NCBI GenBank assembly: GCA_963695145.1
Contig: CAVOGB010000009.1
Span: forward strand, 437,904 to 501,903
Length of the DNA: 64,000 nucleotides
Reading direction: 5' to 3'
DNA from: Ilumatobacteraceae bacterium
GTDB lineage: Bacteria > Actinomycetota > Acidimicrobiia > Acidimicrobiales > Ilumatobacteraceae
Shown: positions 58,679 to 64,000 of the stretch, one piece after another
Layout: each line of letters starts with the position of its first letter
How positions within the stretch are numbered: position 1 is the first letter of the stretch
Notes under the pieces: generated by a model
What the model was told of the DNA's origin: nothing
Database searches by the model: none
What the model saw: the letters and a program-made list of their open reading frames with translations, nothing else
Program-made: the position numbers and the translations under genes

Positions 58679-59847
58679 GACGCCACCTCCATGGTCTCGA
58701 CGTTGGCCGTTCGCTCCTCGGCGTGACGCTGGATCAGGTCGGCGAGCCGCCGGCGGTGATCGGCCGGGCCGGCGAACGCCGCTCGGTTGACGACGATGCG
58801 CCGCAGGTACAGGTGCAGGTCGTGTTCGAACGTGACACCGATGCCACCGTGGATCTGGACGCAGTCGTGGGCCAGGTCGGGGCCGTACTGACCGATGTAG
58901 GCGGCCGCGGCAACGACGAGGTCGGCCGCCTGCGGATCGTCGGTGGCCACCGCGACCGCGGCCGCGTCGGCGATCGCGTGGCTCGCGTCGAGCCACGACT
59001 GCATGTCGGCGAAACGATGCTTCAGCGCCTGATACGACGCCAGCGGACGACCGAAGGCGTACCGGTCGAAGGCCCACTCGACGGTCATGTCGAACGCCGC
59101 CTGCATCGCACCGACCGATTCGGCCGCGGCGATCGTCAGGCCGAGCAGCGTCGCCCACTCGACCTCGTCGCCCGCGCCACCGGCCTCGCCGACGAGGGCG
59201 GTGAGCGGGAGCCGGACGTCGTCGAAGTCGACGGCACCGAAGCGCCGCGTGAGATCGGTCGACTTCAGCGAGCGGATCGACACACCCGGCGTGTCGCGCG
59301 GCACGAGCACGTTCGTGAGGCCGTCGCCGGTGCGTCCGGTGACGAGGAGCAGGTCGGCGGTCGGGGCGGCGTCGACCGGCCGCTTGGTGCCGTTGAGGAC
59401 GACCTCGTCGCCGTCGATGCGCACGTCGAGCACCCACCCGCCGAGATGGTCGTGCGGCGGCGGCTCCGCCAGGCACCACGCCGCGGTCGACGTGCCGGCG
59501 ACGAGCGCCTCCACCGCCTCGTCATGGCCCTCACCGCCGTGATGGCTGAGCAGCGCGGCGACCACGTTCGTCGGCATCAACGGGCCGGGCGCGGCGTGAC
59601 GGCCGAACTCGTGGGCGATCAGCGTGAGGTCGACCAGCCCGTGCTCGCCCACCGCTCCTCCCCCGTGTTGCTCGTCGACGAGCAGGCTCGTCCAACCGAG
59701 CTCGGCGCCGCGCTGCCAGTACTTCGCCGGCTCGCCGCTCGGCTCGTCGCGCAGGTCGCGCAACACGTCGACCGGGACGAGTTCGTCGAGGAACGTCGCC
59801 GTCGTCTCGCGGAAGAGCGATTGGTCGGGGGTCGGGTTGAGCAGCAC
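58675..59847 (-). CDS. Acyl-CoA dehydrogenase family protein, partner subunit
   Basis: GTG 59847 follows the RBS AAGGAG. RYAFGRPLASYQALKHRFAD is present, and the C-terminal motif reads IHGGIGVTFEHDLHLYLRR. Confidence 0.85.
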   Translation of the reverse strand: MLLNPTPDQSLFRETTATFLDELVPVDVLRDLRDEPSGEPAKYWQRGAELGWTSLLVDEQHGGGAVGEHGLVDLTLIAHEFGRHAAPGPLMPTNVVAALLSHHGGEGHDEAVEALVAGTSTAAWCLAEPPPHDHLGGWVLDVRIDGDEVVLNGTKRPVDAAPTADLLLVTGRTGDGLTNVLVPRDTPGVSIRSLKSTDLTRRFGAVDFDDVRLPLTALVGEAGGAGDEVEWATLLGLTIAAAESVGAMQAAFDMTVEWAFDRYAFGRPLASYQALKHRFADMQSWLDASHAIADAAAVAVATDDPQAADLVVAAAAYIGQYGPDLAHDCVQIHGGIGVTFEHDLHLYLRRIVVNRAAFAGPADHRRRLADLIQRHAEERTANVETMEVAS

Positions 59848-60020
59848 GTCACTCCTTGCCGACGCCGACGTGCGGTGGCACGTTCTCAGCACCGGAGAAC
59901 CCCATTATCGCACCTCTCGCCGCAATGCACAAAGTGCTCGGCGCCACCGAGCAGCGACCCTCGAGCGTCAGCAGCGCTGGTCCACGTGTCGTTCGCCGAC
60001 CGAGACGTAGAGTCTCGGTG

Positions 60021-60431
60021 ATGGCCGGTGGTTTGAACTACAAGGGCCTCAACGCCAAGAAGGCGTCGGCCGTCGGCGTGGCACTCATCACGCTGCTGCA
60101 GAACGACGACGTCCGCAAAGCCCTGGGTGGTGCCGGCGCCGGTCTCACCGCCTGGTCCAAACGAACCCGGGCGCGCTTCGACGCGCCGCTGACCGACCGG
60201 TACGGCCAGGGCGCTCTGCTGCACCGCATCGACGCCCTCGCGACGGTGATCCCCGAGTTCGCGACGCTCGATGCCGAATTTGCGGCGGAGCTGCGCACGG
60301 CCGAGGTGGAGCTTCGGCGGGCCGCGTTCGTAGCCGGCCAGATGCCGGTTTCGAAGCGTGTCCCGGCTCAACGCTCGATTGCGCGGCGACTCGACAAGCT
60401 CGAACGCGCCCTCATCGACGCGGTCCTGTGA
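60021..60431 (+). CDS. Hypothetical protein (136 aa, helical/charged)
   Basis: ATG 60021 (MAGGLNYKGLNAKKASAVGVALITLL...). I recognise no family. It is flanked on both sides by family-2 repeat arms. Confidence 0.5.
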   Translation: MAGGLNYKGLNAKKASAVGVALITLLQNDDVRKALGGAGAGLTAWSKRTRARFDAPLTDRYGQGALLHRIDALATVIPEFATLDAEFAAELRTAEVELRRAAFVAGQMPVSKRVPAQRSIARRLDKLERALIDAVL

Positions 60432-60441
60432 CGCGCGGGCC

Positions 60442-60520
60442 AGATCCGACCGAGATCGTGCTCGCCGCCGATCACGGTCGAATCCGGGTCGGAAACCGGA
60501 CCGAATCCGACCGAGATCGC
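60442..60520. repeat. REP-like family 2, locus A: isolated arm plus a 51-nt hairpin
   Basis: The isolated arm agatccgaccgagatcg (60442-60458) is followed by gatcacggtcgaatccgggtcggaaaccggaccgaatccgaccgagatcgc (60470-60520). It lies between convergent stops 60431 (+) and 60556 (-). Confidence 0.85.
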
Positions 60521-60555
60521 CTGGGCGCCCGCGACCACTCGGCCGCATTCACGGG

Positions 60556-61558
60556 TCAGGCGGCGCGCTCGGCAGCCGTTGCGATCCGGTCACCGACGTC
60601 GGTGGTCGAGCCGACGCCGGCGTGCTCGCAGGCGGCGCGCATCCGTTCGGCGATGTCCTGCTCGCCGAGGAAGTCCATCATCATCGCCGCGGACAGCACC
60701 GCGGCGGTCGGGTTGGCCTTGTTCTGACCGGTGATGTCGGGCGCCGATCCGTGGACCGGCTCGAACATCGACGGCCCGGTGCGGGCCGGGTTGAGGTTGG
60801 CGCTGGCGGCGAGTCCGATGCCGCCCGACACCGCGCCGCCGAGGTCGGTGAGGATGTCGCCGAACAGGTTGTCGGTGACCACGACGTCGTAGCGGTGCGG
60901 GTCCTGCACGAAGTAGATGCAGGCCGCGTCGGCGTGCTGGTACGCCGTGGCGACGTCGGGATAGTCGGCAGCCACGAGGTTGAACGTCCGCTCCCACAGG
61001 TCGCCGGCGTACACGAGGATGTTCGTCTTGTGCACCATCGTGACGTGCCTGCGGTCGCCGCGGCGGCGGGCGAGTTCGAACGCGTAGCGGATCGCCCGCT
61101 CGACGCCCATCCGGGTGTTCACCGAGCCCTGTGTCGCCACTTCGTCGAGCGTCCCCTTGCGGAGGAATCCGCCGTCGCCGATGTACGGACCCTCGGTGTT
61201 CTCCCGGATCACGACGAAGTCGTGCGGCTCGGTGTGCCCCGGCGCGGTCCCCTGGAACGGCCGCTCGTTGATGTACAGGTCGAAGGCGATCCGCATCCCG
61301 ACGATCAGCCCGCGTTCGAGGATGCCCGGGCGTGACGTCGGGCCGGCCGGCCGCACCGAAGAGGATGGCGTCGAAGCCGCGCAGCTGCTCGATCGTCGCC
61401 TCGCTGAGCACCTCGCCGTCGCGCAGGTAACGCCCGCCGCCGAGGTCGAAATCGGTCGTGTCGATGTCGGCGCCGGCGGCGCGCAGCACCTTGAGGGCCT
61501 CGGCGGTGACCTCCGGGCCGATGCCGTCGCCACCGATCACCGCGATGCGATGGGTCAT
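60556..61558 (-). pseudogene. leuB: 3-isopropylmalate dehydrogenase-like (isocitrate/isopropylmalate dehydrogenase family), frame-broken near 61324-61330
   Basis: The N-terminus MTHRIAVIGGDGIGPEVTAEALKVL...AILFGAAGRPDVTPG is in the frame of ORF 60590..61558. The remainder ILERGLIVGMRIAFDLYINERP...NLFGDILTDLGGAVSGGIGLAAS...MFEPVHGSAPDI is in the frame of ORF 60556..61533. The junction is ccc ggG c atc. Confidence 0.8.
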
Positions 61559-62798
61559 GCCGTCGTCCTCCCGTCGTGGCGGCCGCGGCGGCCACTTCGG
61601 CCCGCACCTCGTCGCCGTGTTCGTCGAGCAGCGGCGCCCGCCGGTTGACGCCCGCCTTCGTGCGCGTGAACTTGATCGGCGTGTTGGCGTAGACCGTCGG
61701 CCGTTCGCTCCCCGGCGTCTGGAACGCCACGAGCATCTCCCGCGCCGGCAGGTGGGGATCGTCGAACAGCATCTCGTTGTTGTTCACCGGTCCGACGGGC
61801 ACCCGGCCGCCGAGCGCTTCGAGCACCTGCGGCCGTGGTCCGCTCGGCGAGCCATCCCTCGATGATCTCGAGCACCATCGCCCGGTTCTTGTTGCGGGCC
61901 CGGTTGTCGCAGGTGCGCTCGTCGTCGATCAGGTCGGGCCGCTCCATCACCTCGCACAGGATCGGCCAGTGATTGGTCGGCGCGGCGAGGGCGACGGCCC
62001 CGTCGGCGGTGGCGAACAACCCGAACGGCAGGTGGATCGGATGCTCGTTGCCGTGGGGAACGTCGTGGCGACCCCAGTGGCTCCAGCGGTACACGGTCTC
62101 CTCGCACAGCGCGACGAGGGCGTCGTACATCGCCACGTCGACGAACTGCCCGCGCCCGGACCTGCCGCGCTTCGTGGACGGCCGACACGATCCCGAGGGC
62201 GAGCAGCGTGGCGGGATAGATGTCGCCGACGCTCGGGCCGATGCGCGTGCCGAACGTGCCCGGCGCGCCCGTGGTCGGCGGTGAGCCCGCTCATCGCCTG
62301 GGCGACCACGTCGAAGGCCGGCCAGTCGGCGTAGGGGCTCTCACCGGTGCGCGGGTCGCCGAAGCCGCGGACGGCGCCGTACACGAGCCGCGGGTTGATC
62401 TCCGCCAGCGCCTCGTAGCCGAGGCCGAGCTTGTCGAGCACGCCGACGCGGAAGTTCTCGACGATCACGTCGGCGTCGCGGACGAGGTCGCGCAGCGTGT
62501 CGCGGTCGGCCTCGGTCTGCAGATCGAGCACGATGCTGCGCTTCGAGCGGTTGACGCTGGCGAAGTACCCGCCGTAGTGATGTTCGGTGTCGCCCTTCGT
62601 GAACGGCCCGCCGTAGCGGGTGAAGTCGCCCTTCGGCGGCTCGACCTTGATCACGTCGGCACCCAGGTCGGCGAGCAGCATCGTGCAGAACGGGCCGGCC
62701 AGGGCGGCGGTGAGATCGACGATGCGGATGTCGGTGAGGGGACCGCCGCGCTCAGGCAGGGGCAGCACCGCTCGTTCGTGTCCGAGTGTGTGGTCCAT
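61555..62798 (-). pseudogene. Family III (CaiB/BaiF-type) CoA-transferase with at least three successive +1 frame breaks (about 62278-62282, 62163-62167, 61829-61833) and an unresolved 3' end
   Basis: ATG 62798. Conserved segments sit in four consecutive frames: IRIVDLTAALAGPFCTMLLADLGADVIKVEPP...AQAMSGLTA | TTGAPGTFGTRIGPSVGDIYPATLLALGIVSAVHEAR | RSGRGQFVDVAMYDALVAL...IIEGWLAERTTA | QVLEALGGRVPVGPVNNNEMLFDDPHL...LLDEHGDEV. Confidence 0.8.
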
Positions 62799-62870
62799 CT
62801 CGTCGTCCCTCGTCCGGTTGCGTCCCGACAGGCCGCACGGCGGCAAACGGAACTTGGACTCTCAGTCTAG

Positions 62871-62885
62871 GAGAGTAGAGTTCTC
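62871..62885. promoter_or_regulatory. Candidate operator dyad GAGAGTAGAGTTCTC (site 8 of 9)
   Basis: It ends 3 nt before ATG 62888, in the divergent region with the CoA-transferase gene (62798, -). The adjacent ctctcagtctaggagag is a second inverted repeat. Confidence 0.45.
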
Positions 62886-62887
62886 AC

Positions 62888-63839
62888 ATGCGCATCGGCT
62901 TGATGGTCGGCCCCGAACGGAACCGCTACGCCACCAAGGTGCAGCGCATGATCGACGACGCCGTGTGGGCGGAGACGAACGGGTTGAGCACCGTCTGGAT
63001 CCCCCAGGTGCCCGACGAGTTCGACGCCATGACCGCCGCGGCCCTGATCGCGCAGGCGACGTCGCGCATCGAGATCGGCACCGCCGTCGTGCCGCTGCAG
63101 TCGCGCCATCCGGTGGCGCTGATCCAGCAGTCGCTGTCGACCCAGTTGGTCGCCCAGGGTCGGTTCACGCTCGGCCTCGGCCCGTCGCACCATTGGATCA
63201 TCCAGGACATGCTCGGGCTCCCCTACGAACGTCCCGCGGCGCTGACCGCCGACTATCTCGACACGCTCGACGCGGCGATGGCCGGACCCGGCCCGGTCGA
63301 CGTGGAGAACGACAGCTTCACGATCCACAACCCGATGCACGTCACCGACGAGCCGCGCATGCAGGTGCTCCTCGCGGCACTCGGCCCGGTGATGCTCCAG
63401 TTGGCCGGGTCGCGCACCGACGGCACGATCCTCTGGCTCGCCGACGAAAAGGCCATCGAGTCGCACATCGCGCCACGCCTGCACGCCGCGGCCGCCGAAG
63501 GCCGGCCGACCGGCGCCGCGCATCGTCGCCGGCGTGCCGATCTGTCTGTGCCGGCCGGGCGAGGTCGACGCCGCCAAGGCCCGCGCCGACCGGGTGCTCA
63601 GTGAAGCGACCGTGTCGCCGAACTACCAGCGGCTCCTCGACCAGGGAAACGCCACCGGGGTGTCCGACATCCTCGCGGCGGGCGACGAGGACATGATCCG
63701 CGAGCGGCTCGCCTCGTTCGCCGCCGCCGGGGTGACCGACATCTCGGTGCGCGTCCTGCCGATCGGTGAGGGCCGCGAGCAACTCCTCGAGTCGAGCCGC
63801 CGCACCCGCGAGTTCGTCGCCGACCTCGCCTCCCGCTGA
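62888..63839 (+). pseudogene. LLM-class (F420/flavin-dependent, luciferase-like) oxidoreductase, frame-broken near 63500-63518
   Basis: MRIGLMVGPERN...LSTVWIPQVPDEFDAMT...HIAPRLHAAAAEGRP is in ORF 62888..63604. The continuation APRIVAGVPICLCRPGEVDAAKARADRVL...VRVLPIGEG... is in the frame of ORF 63534..63839. Confidence 0.75.
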
Positions 63840-63846
63840 CCTTCTG

Positions 63847-63920
63847 CGATCTCGGTCGGATTCGGGCCGGAAACCGGACCAGATCCGACCGAGATCGGTG
63901 ATGGAGCGGATCTCGGTCGG
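63847..63920. repeat. REP-like family 2, locus B: 51-nt hairpin plus an isolated arm (mirror image of locus A)
   Basis: cgatctcggtcggattcgggccggaaaccggaccagatccgaccgagatcg (63847-63897; 14-15 bp perfect outer stem) is followed by ggatctcggtcgg (63908-63920). It starts 8 nt after stop 63839. Confidence 0.85.
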
Positions 63921-63965
63921 AATTGGGGCGACGCACCGCGACTTGCAATCGGGCGGGGGGTTTGA

Positions 63966-63980
63966 GAGAATGATGTTCTC
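63966..63980. promoter_or_regulatory. Candidate operator dyad GAGAATGATGTTCTC (site 9 of 9)
   Basis: It lies in the AT-richer stretch tttgagagaatgatgttctcatctgaggga at the right window edge, presumably upstream of a gene that starts outside the window. Confidence 0.4.
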
Positions 63981-64000
63981 ATCTGAGGGAGATGACGTTA

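Noticed and set aside
60442-63920. A composite transposon or MITE-flanked mobile element around the leuB/CoA-transferase/LLM block.
   Set aside because: No transposase, integrase or recombinase gene is present and I could not identify target-site duplications. The repeats sit at gene 3' ends like terminators. I kept it only as a hypothesis in the findings and did not annotate a mobile element.

Overview
This is a very GC-rich, actinobacterial-style chromosomal segment that is almost entirely coding. I count about 63 protein genes. I found no rRNA, tRNA, CRISPR array, transposase or integrase. The left end (1-5111) is a Liv-type ABC importer operon: a fused permease, two ATPases and a lipoprotein binding protein that carries an ADTT tandem-repeat linker. 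The rest (5.3-63.8 kb) reads as one long CoA-thioester (lipid, steroid or terpenoid side-chain type) catabolic supercluster. It contains a Rieske oxygenase, two P450s (one with its own ferredoxin), and three alpha/beta acyl-CoA dehydrogenase pairs plus a fourth ACAD. It also has three AMP-ligases, two family III CoA-transferases, thiolases, DUF35 partners in both fused and split forms, and an enoyl-CoA hydratase. Further members are seven SDRs, several hotdog/TesB thioesterases, amidohydrolase_2 enzymes, LLM oxidoreductases, two APH-like kinases and two TetR regulators. A GH63-zwf-PhyH unit lies at 47.6-52.7 kb. Four things are not explained by the gene list. (1) A 15-bp dyad, GARART-N3-RTTCTC, recurs in nine AT-richer promoter islands and looks like a single regulon operator. 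(2) There are two families of REP-like palindromic elements. One is tandemly duplicated and supplies a gene's stop codon. The other sits as inverted copies around a 3.3-kb block. (3) At least 13 single-base frame disruptions occur in otherwise well-conserved genes, and 5-6 of them fall within about 2.2 kb between the family-2 repeats. These are either real gene decay or indel errors in the assembly. (4) Start/stop overlaps (NTGA) are very frequent, including two TTG starts. All functional calls come from motif and family recognition by eye; no searches were run.
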